Assembly: GCA_047495785.1 (NCBI GenBank)
Contig: JBLDXI010000013.1
Coordinates: forward strand, 930,001-994,000
Direction of reading: 5' to 3'
DNA from: Lepidodermella squamata
Lineage: Eukaryota; Animalia; Gastrotricha
DNA length: 64,000 nt
Shown: in pieces, positions 1-12,000 of the stretch
Numbering within the stretch: position 1 is the stretch's first letter
Layout: each line of letters opens with the position of its first letter
The notes under the pieces: model-generated
What the model was told of the DNA's origin: nothing
Seen by the model: the letters and a program-made list of their open reading frames with translations, nothing else
Database searches by the model: none
Translations under genes and position numbers: made by a program

Positions 1-326
1 GCGGTGAACAACATCAACAAAACGACGCGCTATGAAAGAACCACAGGCAGAGAAAAAAAACCAATAATATATATTTATATCTCGAAGCTCATCGAATCTC
101 TCGAAGAAGCGTGTCAACTACTAGAGCAGCTAACGAAAAATATGACAATTTTTTATTTACAATATAAAGAGGCTCGATTCGTTTTGTTTTTTTCGTTAAT
201 TACAGGGGGAGACGATGAAGAGAACAACACGTGTGAAAAAAGAACGGAAAGAAAAGAAAGATCTCTAGATTGAATAAATGCTCAGGGTTTTTTTTCTAAC
301 AATGGTTTCTATGGTACAACAAGGCA

Positions 327-3300
327 TCAGGTAAGCAGCGCCGGCGAGGGCGAGTGGTGGTTGTTGAGGTGGTTCGGCGTCGTCGCTTGCATCAGATTCA
401 GCTCGGCATTCACCGACTCCGACTCGGACGACGATGAGTACTTGCCGTTGATGTTAGGCGGCAGCGGCGCCGTTGCGTCCTGCTCGTCCGATGAATCAGC
501 CCCGCCCAGCTTCGTCTTCAGCGCATCGACGTGAACCTTCGAGATCAGGTGATCGACCAGAGACGGCCCGACCGCTTCCAGGCAGTCAGGGCACGAACCA
601 CCGGCTACGAGTTGCTGCATGGACCCGGCCGCGTTCAGGCCAGTCACAAAACCCAACTTGGCCTTCTTCTCCTTGGCACGCGCGTTTTGAAACCACACTT
701 GCACGACCGATTTTTGCAAACCAAGCTCAGAACCTAGGAAAAAAATTAGGTAAAAACCTAAATTTTATGGCTAATTTTTCAATAAATACCTAGTTGAATG
801 CATTCAGCTTGAGTCGGCGTTTTGTAGTATTCGAAAATCGCCCTCATAATTCTGACTTGAAGCGGCGATAGCTGGGTTCGAAAGCGCCGCCGGCTGTTCG
901 AAGAACTGACAACGCCGTTGTTGTTAGCAAACGGCAGGCTGTTGCTGTTCTCCCGAATTTCGTCATCGTTTTCTTCCATGTTTGAATCGAGCGACGAAAT
1001 GATCGAGTCTTCATTCATCGGCTGGTTGCTCTGCGAGCCGCCGTTGCGCGAATTTTCAAAGGCAAGAAGCGAGGCAAGATCCGGCCGGTTCGCCAAGTTG
1101 TTGCTTTTACGCTCGCGAGACCGCTGGTTCTGGAACCAGACTTGAACCGTCCGCCGCGTGAGCCCCGTCTCAGCGCACAGAAACTCCAACTGATCACGGG
1201 TCGGATTTTGGCATCGTTGAAAGCTCTCGTACATGATGTTGTGTTGAGCAGCTGTTATCGTCGTGCGGCTGCGTTTCGCGCCGTTCGACGTCGTACCAAC
1301 AGCCATCGAAACCTGGTTATCTTCCGCCTCATCGCCGCCTTCGTTGTCCTCAGGCATGTTCTCCTCAACTTCATCCTCGTTATCGCCGATGTTCGAAAAC
1401 TGGTCGTTTTCAATGGTCGTCTCAGCGGGCAGCAAATGCGTGACGCTGGTCGCAGATTGCTCGCCAGCGATCGGCCGTTCGTGGGCTGATGACGCGGCTG
1501 ACGCAACTGACAGCACACTGCCCTGGCTTGACCGCCTCGTTTTCTGCCGCTGGTTTTGAAACCAGACAATGATAACCCGCTGACTGAGGCCAAGCTGCTG
1601 CGACAGTCGTTTTTGGTCTTCTTCACGTGGATACGCGTTCTTTTCGAAGGCTTCCATCAACGACTGAAGCTGGTGGTCGGAGAATTTCGTCCGACTCGCC
1701 CGCCGCCACGACCGGCCAGCCGGCGACCCGGACCGAGACCCGAACTGGTCATCGGGGCTCATGCGATCGCGCGGCTGTTCGATTTCGTCCTCGTAATCGT
1801 CGTTTTGATCGTAGTAATCGTTATTGCCAATCAACTGGTCATCGATTTGTTGCTGCTGCTGTTGTTCCTTCAAATCTTCAACATCCATAGGATTGCTAGG
1901 TTCGACCTTCATCTCCGGCGCAGGCGTCACGTCTAACCGCTCGTCATTCACCGGCGAGGTTGATAGTGGCGGTGGAATGTTGAGATTGTACGGCGAATTC
2001 TGGTTGCGTTGCCGCTCTTTAAACAACGTATTCCTAAACCAGTGCTTCACCACTTTCCGGCCTAAATTCGTCCGACGGCAAATCTCCTCAATTTCCGAAT
2101 CACTCGGCAGATTGTTGATGTTGAAATATTCGCGGAAAATCGCGCGCTGATCATCCGTAATTCGAGTCCGCCCTGAATCATTCGCGATTGCTGAAGAATT
2201 CGTCGCCTTGTCATTCGAACCCGTCGACGGCTGTAATTTCGGCTGTTGAGCAGCTAGCAAAGCCGTTGAAGCTGCTGTCAGTGGATCCAGCAGGCCAGAA
2301 GCCGCGCATAACGATAGAAGCGGGTCAAGCTGGCTGAGCAGATCGAGAGAGGCCTGGTTTTGAGCTGCCGCTGCTTCCAACTGCTTCTTTTCCGATTTGT
2401 TTTGAGTCTCAACCGCCGGCTTTTGCTCGCCTGCTTCATCAGTGCCAGCGGCTTTAAACTCGCTGCCGACCTTCGAACCGAAAACATCCGGATGGTTGCG
2501 GATGACCTCTTCGACGTCCTTAGCAGAAATCGACAGGCCATGTGTTGATTCTTGATGTTCCATCAACGGCATCGGGTCTTCGAGATCCTGCAAAGTCGAA
2601 CAGGTCGAGCAGGACGACGAAGACGAGGCATTCAAATCGGTGTTTGCCTTCCTCGGAATAGCCCCCAGTGAGACGAGGCGAGATTTCACAACATCACTGC
2701 CGACGTTTTCCAACATTTTCAAAATCCGAGTCGCACATTTCGTTTTGCGTTCATTCGCCGTAATCGGCGTAGAGGCTGATAACGGAACTTGAGGCAGCGA
2801 TTGCTGCGTTTCGTTGCTACTACGAGCTGGCGATGATTTACCCGGAGATTTCTTCTGGCTGGTCTGCTGTTGCAAAGTCGGGAGATTGAACGAGGAAGTC
2901 GACGCCATGTTCAACTGGGGTTGAAAGGCGGACGACCAGAGAGAGGCCGGGGTTGACGGGAATGACGACGCGCCGAGCCCAGCCAGTAACTGGTTCGCCA
3001 ATAACGGGTTCAAAGCGGCGGCGGCTGTCGCGAGATCAAGGCTGCTAAATGAGTTCAAGTTATTCGAGTTCGATTGCTGCAGGGCCGGGAAGGTCGACTG
3101 ATAAGCCTGTTGCAGGGTGTCCATAATCGACATACGGCCACGTTCCATCAACGTGTCCTGCAGCCGTTTAACACTGCGCTGGTGATAAGGCGATAGCAAG
3201 TGCTGTTGCAGGTAAGTTTGTCTAGCAAACGAAATCTCGCAAATGTCGCACGTGTAAGAACCGGACGGCGTCGCGCCGTAAACCCCGGATATCGCCTCAT

Positions 3301-6300
3301 CCTTAGTCGAGGATTTCTTCGACGCCGAAGAGGTCGACCCGGCCAAGCTCAACCCGCCATTTTCGGCTGAATTAATTTTGTGAGCGACTGAATGGCAGTG
3401 GCCTCGAAATAGATCTACATCGGGAAAGGACACGTTGCAAGCGTCGCATCTGAAAGAATTCGTCGAGGTCGATGGCGCGGATTTGACGTCTAGATTAAGG
3501 CGATGGCTGTTCAAATGTTCCGTGTAGTCTTGGAAAGTTTCCTGCCAGGCGCCGCACACGGCACAACTGAAGCCGGCCATGTTGGCAAGGTGCAGTTTGC
3601 CGTGAGATTCCAGCGCTGCTGCCGAGTCGAACGACAAACTGCAGTGAGAGCACTTGAATTGCGCAGATTTCGAAGATTGAGACGCTTTCGAGCCATTACT
3701 CAACGGCGATGGAGTTGGAGCTTTCGAAGATCCGTTTCCCGATTCCAAAATAAAATCAGGCAATGGAAAATTGTGGATTTGGCGGAAATGCATCTAAATA
3801 GGAAAATTAAAATAAATTAATATATTTACAAATTAAATTAAACTAAAATTAATTAAATTAAATTAAATTAAATTAATTTAATTTTTCTCCCAAATTTCGA
3901 AAATTAAAAAAATATTGATTAAAAAATTACCTTGAGAGTATGGACTGATTTGAAGTATTGATTGCAGCCTTTTTTCCAGCACAGCAAGCCGGGGCCTTTA
4001 ACAGTCGCTGTATTGCTGTTCAAATGCTGACTCTCGGCCAGATGATTGAATAAATTATCAACAGCGCCGAACAATTTCGTGCACGAGTGGCAGCGAAACT
4101 GTTCTTCGATTGACGCGACTGCGGCCGCCGCCGGCTGCGATGCAGCAACGCTAGCCGCAAGTTGGTTAATAGCTGCAGACGCCGAGTTGCCGAGGCTTAA
4201 TGTTTGATTCGATGAAAACATCGATTGAGGTAAAGCAGTCGATAGCAAACTCTGGATCATTTGCTCATAATTAATCTGAGAAGTAAGAGCAGTTAACGCG
4301 TCAGTAGCGCTGCTTAAATTAATAGTCTGAGCCGGCTTTGGCTCATCTAAATTTAGAAAAAAAAATTGATTAGAAAAATTTTCATTATTAGCACAGTAAG
4401 TTACCTTTAACATTGTGAAGTTTCGAGTGGTTGTTCGACGACATTTTCGCCTGCTTCTTTGGCACTGACAAATCCATGGGCGAACCCGTTTGCCTGGTGT
4501 TGTCACTTTGGTCGCGGGAAAGGGGCCGTTTACGGCTCGATTCGCTAGTCAAAGCTAACGGAGCCGGCGAATTGTCGACACCAGGCGATGCTGCTGCGTT
4601 GCCATCGACGAGGGCCATCAATTCGAGGAGGCGAGGCACATTCGCTTTCGGCACGCTGTGAACATCGGTCAAATGATCGACGCGGCTCGCGTGCGAGTCA
4701 AACCCAACTTGACAAATCGGGCAGGTCACCGAGGGCGATTTTGACTGCGCCAATAAGCCAGGTATGGCCAGGGATGAGCCCACCTTCGACGGCATTGGTG
4801 AACAATTATCTATAAAAATTTAACAAAAATGTTCAAAGTCGCGTTGAATTCAAATTAGTCCGACGTAAAATGTTGTGCATGATTGTGAAAGTGTTTAACC
4901 ACCGCCAAGTTATTAGTTGAAACAACTACTATATAATATCGCTTGTGCGCGCTACAGAAATTCAAACGTTCGTTCATTATTGAGGTTACGTGCACAAGCG
5001 GGCCCGATTGCGCAACTGTTAGGTTTCTTCGCGCGCGCGTCCAAGCAAGCAATCGAGCTGGCCCGCCGCACCTTATGTAACACGGCGCCCTATTGTCGTG
5101 CGCGCTGTGTAAACAAGCGAAATAGCACGGCGTTACGTCGATTAAGGAGGACGACGGTGAGCGAAACACAGCACAAAACCCGAATCGCGCACTGCTATCT
5201 TCCGCTAGGCGACGCACATCAAATAAACGCGCACGAAAGCGGCACTGTGACGTAATCGCGACCTGACATAACAAGCGACACGAACGTGAATTTAGCAATA
5301 GAAAAATTAACTAAGTATTCAGACACAACGCCGCGCGCCATTATTGTTTCAAGGAATTTTTACCTCGTTGATCGGCCGAAGATGACACGAAGGAGGAAGA
5401 TGCGGGGGAGATTGCGCGGCCGCCGCTGTTATTGCTACCGCTGCCGCTAATCACCTCGACTTCTATCAACTGCCGGAGGTCCACTTCGGGCATTCCGCCC
5501 GCCAGACCAGCCGCGTCAAATGTCGACCGTTGCGCTTGATAAAATGTTTCTTGGCGCATGTGCTCAGGCGAAGCCAAATGGCGAGATAATTGGCCCTGAA
5601 AAAAACGAAAAAAATGAACCTTAAAAAGTCCCAAAAATTCGCAATTCAGGTTTCAAACGTGATAGAACTAATAATGAAAGAATTTTGCATTGAAATTATA
5701 ATTGCATTTTTTTACCAAAATTTATTCGGATTCTGTGAAAGAAATTGAAAGATCCTCGGAAATTACGAAACTATTTTTAATTGCGTCAATTCTAAGCCTC
5801 CATGGGTTTGACCCTTTTATATAAATTTTATAAATAATTGCTGACCTTGGAAGAGAAGGTATTTTCCGAGATTCCAGCGTTCGAACACAACCGGCACACG
5901 AAGTGGTATTTGGCATCACGAGGCATCTGAGCGATGTCCGTCGCCAGTTTGCAAAACAACTCGTGGCCGATCGACAGAGCGTGCTGGTCGAGCCGATGGG
6001 CGGAAGCGGCCGGGAAGTCGCATGCGATACACCGTACCGATGTCACCACGTTAGGGAAATTGGCTAATTTTGACTCAGATTTCGCGCCGCCCTCCAAAAT
6101 ATGAAGTAGCATTTGAAATTTCTGCAGGTGCTTTTCGGTTTTCGAGTGGACCTGGAAGTTGGCCTTCAGCGGGGTTTTATAGCTGCACAGCTTGCAAAAA
6201 TAGTAGTTATCGACCATGGCCAAGATTCGCGAGTCGAAATCGTGAATCGGCGGGTTGAGGGTTCGATCGAAGTCCATGTGCGCCTTGAGATCGAGCAACG

Positions 6301-9063
6301 AGTCTGTGCTGAAGTTGTCGCAAAGTAGGCACTCGAATAGCTTATTCGACGAAGCGCAGCTCTTCGCCGGCGTCGTTTGGACTAGAGAATTCGACGAAGA
6401 GGAGTTATTAGTATTCGAAGTCGGCGCAGGCTTCGCTGCCGGTTTCGAAGCAGGCGGCAACGGGGTGGTCGGCGCCGTGGCGGCCAGCGCGGCTGCGGCG
6501 AGTTGCTGTAGCAAGAGACTAGCTGTCGATGAGTCGCAGCCGGTTTGCTGCTGGAATTCGTTGCTCATCACGAGATCGCGGCACATATTGAACTGCTGTA
6601 GCAGCGCGTCAATACCAAAGTCGGCCAGATTTGGCAACGGGGTGGGGGGAGGTAAGGCGGAAGACGTTGAAGCGGCGGCTAGAGATGCCAAAGTCGCCGC
6701 TGCGGATGACGAGGCCGACGCCGCAGTTGGGAAACTTGGCAGTGACAATGTCCGATCCTGCTGACTTTTCTCCGATTTAACCACAGTTTTCTGCGGCACC
6801 AAGTTACTCGCACGCCGATGTTCGCTGGGCTTAGCCGGTGGGAAATTTGGCTTCGGAATAGCTGGCGAACTTTTCGACGCGGCGTTCGACGATGAACCGC
6901 CAAAGTCGCTCGACAATTCCACGGCTGATTTTGAGGCCTTTTGCTGCTGGAAGTTGGCAGCGGCTGCCGCCAGGGTCGACGCTTCGATGGCGGCGGCGGA
7001 CGGCACTGGGCGAGTATCGGCGCCTTGGCTGGCGGCGTATTCCTGGACGTTATGCAGGTGCTTGTCCGACTGCATGTGGATCGAAAGGTTGCCCTTAGTT
7101 GTCGTCGCGTAGTTGCAGATTTCGCACCGGTACGGCTTGTAACCGCACGAGTAGTTCTCGCCCCGCGACAACCGTGGGTGTTCACGCTTCGTGGCGCAGT
7201 AGACGCACTGCGACGAATCGGCATCCGGGTGCTTTTCGCGCATATGAATTTCCAAGGTTTCTTGATACTAAAAAAAGAAAACACCCGCGTTATCAATTGC
7301 GTCAAAGATAAGAAGAATTTTTCAGCGGTTTCAGAAGTGATGACGTTAGAATTCGAGAGCGTACTCAATTTGGAAAAATAGGTGAGAAATTTAGGGATTC
7401 AGCATTAATTTTGAGGCTCCGGCACTAGATTTTCCCACAATACAGTTTTCGATGAATCTCTATATACTACGCCTACTTGACGATATGAGCGGTCAGTTAA
7501 TGAGTAATAATTCAGCAAATATCAATTTTAAGTATCGATTTTAAAAAGCAGTGATTTTTCCGATATTATAAAAATAAAAGCTGAACTAAATCGAAAAGTG
7601 ATTTTGGTTTTGATTTTTTCGACTGTTCAATCGGGAATCCAAGTATGCTAATTTTAGGGAAGGTAGATAGGACTGAAGGCAAATTGCCTGCAAAAAATTA
7701 GGCCAATCAGGCGAAAAATAAAAAAAGTTGACCGATTTGAAATAAAATTGGAAAACAATGTACAAGCCGCGATTTTAGCAATTGGAAAATACATTCGGAA
7801 CCTTTATTTTAATGGAATGAAATGTAGAATTCAGACCCACCTTATAATGCCAGTTGCACCTTGGACATTTGAGAGTTTTTGACACACATCTCGTTGTTCC
7901 AGCGTTATTACCGCTGTTGTTGTTGTTATTGGAAAGTGTAGGATTTGGCGTTGGTTGAGCGCGAAGTGGCGCGGGGGAGGCGCGTGGAAGGCTGGCGGTA
8001 TGGTTAATATTATTAGTAGTAGGCACCGGCGTCGCCATCGGCGCCTTGTTCGCGGTGGTGGAGGAGGAGCCGGACGAGGTGGACGAAACGTCGTCGCTGT
8101 CGGCGGCGTGTTTCCGCAGCGGCGTGTTCAACGACTGTTTACAGTTGTTGAGCGAGTCGCCGGCGAAACTCGGCGGCATGACGACGGACAAGTGTTGCCA
8201 CGGAAGCGCTTCGACGAGTTGCGGCGAGGAAGACGGCGATTTTGGCGTGAAGAAGGCGGCGAAGGGCCGCGGCTCGGCCTGGCACCGGCGCCGTTCGATG
8301 GCGTCGGCGAGCACGCCGCCATGCACGGCGACCATGTGGCTGGCGAAGGCGTCGGCGGCGGCGGGTGTTTGACTACTGGGATGACTCGGCTTGTTAATAT
8401 TAATAAAAAATAGATTGCAATCTAGACAGGCACCAGAGACCGCACTGAGCCGGCTTTGACTATCGGCCGTGCTGTCGACTACGAGAAGAGCTTTCGGACA
8501 CACGTCCGATATCACCTTGGCCACATCGTCCTCGCCTGTGTCATCAGCCCGGTCAGGCACGCGGAACGAGAAAACCGACAGATTGTTGCGACTGTTGTTC
8601 GTTTCCTCGCAGTCGTCGTTTTTAGCGCCTAAATCCCGCTCCCCGCACACGATCAAAAAGATGTCACATGCGACGACAGGTTTGTTGCTGCTGCTGCCAG
8701 CCGCGTCATCATTATCATCCGGCGAAGTTATCGTGACTAATTGCTGTGACGTCGGCGCTGCATCTTGCAGTTGCAGATTAACCCCTCTGTCAGCGGCTAA
8801 TTCGCTCGCTAAAATAGCACAGGTATTGTGCAGCGAGCCGATTGACGTCACTAGGCTGCGGCGACTTAATTTAGCCGCCTTTGCGTCGGGCGATCCGGGA
8901 AACCGCTCATTCATAGACATCGTCGCGTGCCGCCGTCTGACTTTTAATTCGAGGCGACGCGCACCGCACAAAAAAATCAGACTTCTGTTAGTTTCACTGT
9001 CTACCTGATTTCTGCTGCTGAATCATCGGCGCCACTATTAAACGTACAAGTGATTCTGCTCAT
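327..9063 (-). CDS. zfh2: ZFHX3/ZFHX4 (zfh2)-like zinc-finger homeobox transcription factor, ~2,320-2,350 aa. Exons: 9063-9005 (tentative), 8936-7841, 7267-5846, 5595-5364, 4809-4405, 4346-3931, 3793-790, 733-327. Fallback start is ATG at 8920.
   Basis: Spliced junction rebuilds the conserved [13 protein letters not shown]|[14 protein letters not shown]...[41 protein letters not shown]. Four homeodomains ([42 protein letters not shown]) and many C2H2 fingers. All introns are GT-AG and phase-compatible. The first exon is less certain. Confidence 0.93.
3830..3880. repeat. Imperfect (AATTA)n pentamer tract inside zfh2 intron 3794-3930
   Basis: aattaaattaaactaaaattaattaaattaaattaaattaaattaatttt read directly from the sequence. 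Confidence 0.8.
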
Positions 9064-12000
9064 TATTAACAATCATTTTTTTGCAATTAATAAATCTATA
9101 GAAAAATACGATAAAAACGCACATAAATAACTGTAGCCAAAAAAGCGTGTGCTCAAGTTAGATGAAGCATCAACAAGACAGCGATGAAAAAAAATTCGAT
9201 TGTTGCCTAATTAGAAAGCATCGAGCCAAAATAGTTTTAGTGATGTAATGAAGATTTTTGGTAATTAAAATCATGGGAATGGCGTCTATATAAGAAAAGA
9301 TATTCGGGGGCTAAATTATTATTATTTATAATATGATGTCATTATTTCTATTAATATAGCCGAGCAACTACTGGCGATGAACGCGCGAGATTGAGGCAAA
9401 AAGGTAATAAGTGCAAACAGATGGAGCTGCTGCAGCAGTGTTTGGCCTGATGGCTTGTTGTGGTGTTTTTCTTCGACGGCTGCTTCCTCAACAGCAGCAA
9501 CGCGTAGGTAACAGCGGCTATTTTTGCGCGAATTATTCTCGCGCGATCTTGATCGCCGAATCGCTGCTCGATAGTGGAACAATAATACCTAATCATAATC
9601 ATAATGATGAGCGCAATCGCGCACGCGGTACAAGCCGTTTGCTATTAAAAGAATAAGACTCCGATGCGAAAGAAACGAAGCCAAAAACATTAACCAAAAA
9701 TACCTACCTGGTATTTAACTGCACAATCAAATAATAATATTAGGAGGAGATAAAGAATCCATCGGCGAGTAATCTAATAAGCCGAAGAAGAGCCGCAGTT
9801 TTCTTCCATCACACAACTAAAATCTAAACCGGTAATACCAGAATATAGCCCTACATACCGGCAACTAATTAGAAATGTGCACACGCGCAGTTTTTAGAGA
9901 CCGCGCCGTGTTATAATCTCTCGTTATCTACCAGGTTCGGAAAATATTTCCAGAGGGCACAATTTATTATTTCTAAGACGATAACTCTTTCTACCATAAT
10001 AGAGATGATGATAATAAGAATAGTGAAAACTATAAATGAAGATCAGCATTAAAGTAATTTTCAAGTCCGATAGTCACTAATGGGTGCAAGTTACGAGGGT
10101 TCGATAAACATGCCATGGGACATGGCAATTATCCAGTTCACGCCCAAGTCAATTAATCACAGGAAATGTCTCCAAAGACTTCAACTTCGATGACATAATT
10201 ACGGGAACTAATCAAGTGTTCCTTGAAATGCGAACATTTAGCAGGTATTTTAATGAAAAGCCATTCGTAAATGGACGCTTTGTTAGAGTGGATTGCTGGC
10301 AGAGGGCGGCAGGCAGGCAGACAGTCTGTTTGGATGACGCATCATTAAAAACGAAAACAATTAGCGAAGACGAAGCGATTCGCCTTTTCGCATGCTTTTA
10401 TCTCCATATTTATAATTTGCCTGGTAATAATATGTAAGCAATTTTGTAATGAGAAGCGCGCGATTCCGGACACATGATCATTAGAAAAGTAATGCATATA
10501 CACATATATAGATAGATATTTTCTAGGATAATTTAAAAAGGCGGCGTTTCTCAATGGATGGGCATGTTTTGTAATAAAATTATGGATCCATATTAACTGC
10601 TATTATTACTTATTACAATACTTTGGTCTATAGTTTTTCGACTTTGAATCAAACGCACACAAATTGGGCGATCGAAAAAGCCTCCGGGTCTTTGATCATC
10701 ATCATCAGCATCATCATGTGAGCGCACCCGCAACTTGTTGTTTTGGCTTAATATGTTTTAAAATATGCCACAAATGGCCCATCATCTTCCGATATCTTAT
10801 ACTATACAGACAACAACGTAGAAGAGGCAAATTAGTATGAAAACTGTGTGATCGCGCGCGCGCGAGCGCTCAAACTACGCGCGCGGTATAATTATCGGAG
10901 ATAATGATGAGATCGCAAAGACCAAGCACGAACGCGCGGCCAGCCGCCGAATACTCGACAGCAATCATAATAATAAAAGTAATCGGAGAAAATAATGATG
11001 GTAACAATAATAAATACTTTGTATAATATTATCTCCCTACCACCACCACCACCAACACCACAACCAACACCACAATCACCACTCAGAGATGAGCGGCTAA
11101 ATACCGAGCGCGCACCAGCACAAAATCCGCACTAGCAAAATCCGGGTAAACTAGCATCAGCACAGCGTTAAATGCCTGAACGCGTCGATTCGGGCCATAT
11201 TTCAACCGGGCCCTCACTATCATCGTATATCGTAAATAACATAACAAAACAAAACAACATCGAAACAGCGCGGTGTTGTGGGTTCAAGGCTATAATAAAG
11301 GTACGCCGTTTTGATTGGCGACTAATTACCGCAACGAGAGCAGATGGGCGCTTGAAAAACAAGCAATTACTATCTATCAATTTTGACGATAAGCACCCAT
11401 ATTACCGGAGAAATAAACAACTTTTTCACCACGCCTCAACGAAAGCCTAATCAGAAACATCCACCTTAAACAGTTGCAGCTAAGCTAAACAACCTTCAAG
11501 ATTCTATTGAAAATGAAATAAAAGATGAAATGATAGCGAATCGCTGAAAACAACGGTCACTTTCTTGCATGATCATCCTTTAGACGCGTGTCGCACACGT
11601 TGCCAAATTTGAACTCGACTACAAATTTTTTATAACGTATTTGTGTGAGATCAAAAATAGGGCAATTAAATTTTGTCTATACTGGAAAACAGGAAGAAAA
11701 TAAATCAGTTCAGTTAAACATTTCGTCAGGAGAAGAGGCGTCATAGATAATTAAAGTGATCATATACTCCTCCATCTTCTATCTATAATGAAAGGCAGAC
11801 TAATTAAAAAGATGCGTGGGGTTGGGTATGACGGACGGCGACACAAATCACATGTTTGGTTCGTTAATAGTAGAGGTGGTAGTTATTAAAAAGAACGCTA
11901 TTCCATTGATAATTTTTTATAGCTAATAATTATTATTATCAGTGTGATGGAGAACTTGAGAGATGGATCATAGTGATGACAAAAATTTGAAAAAGACACG

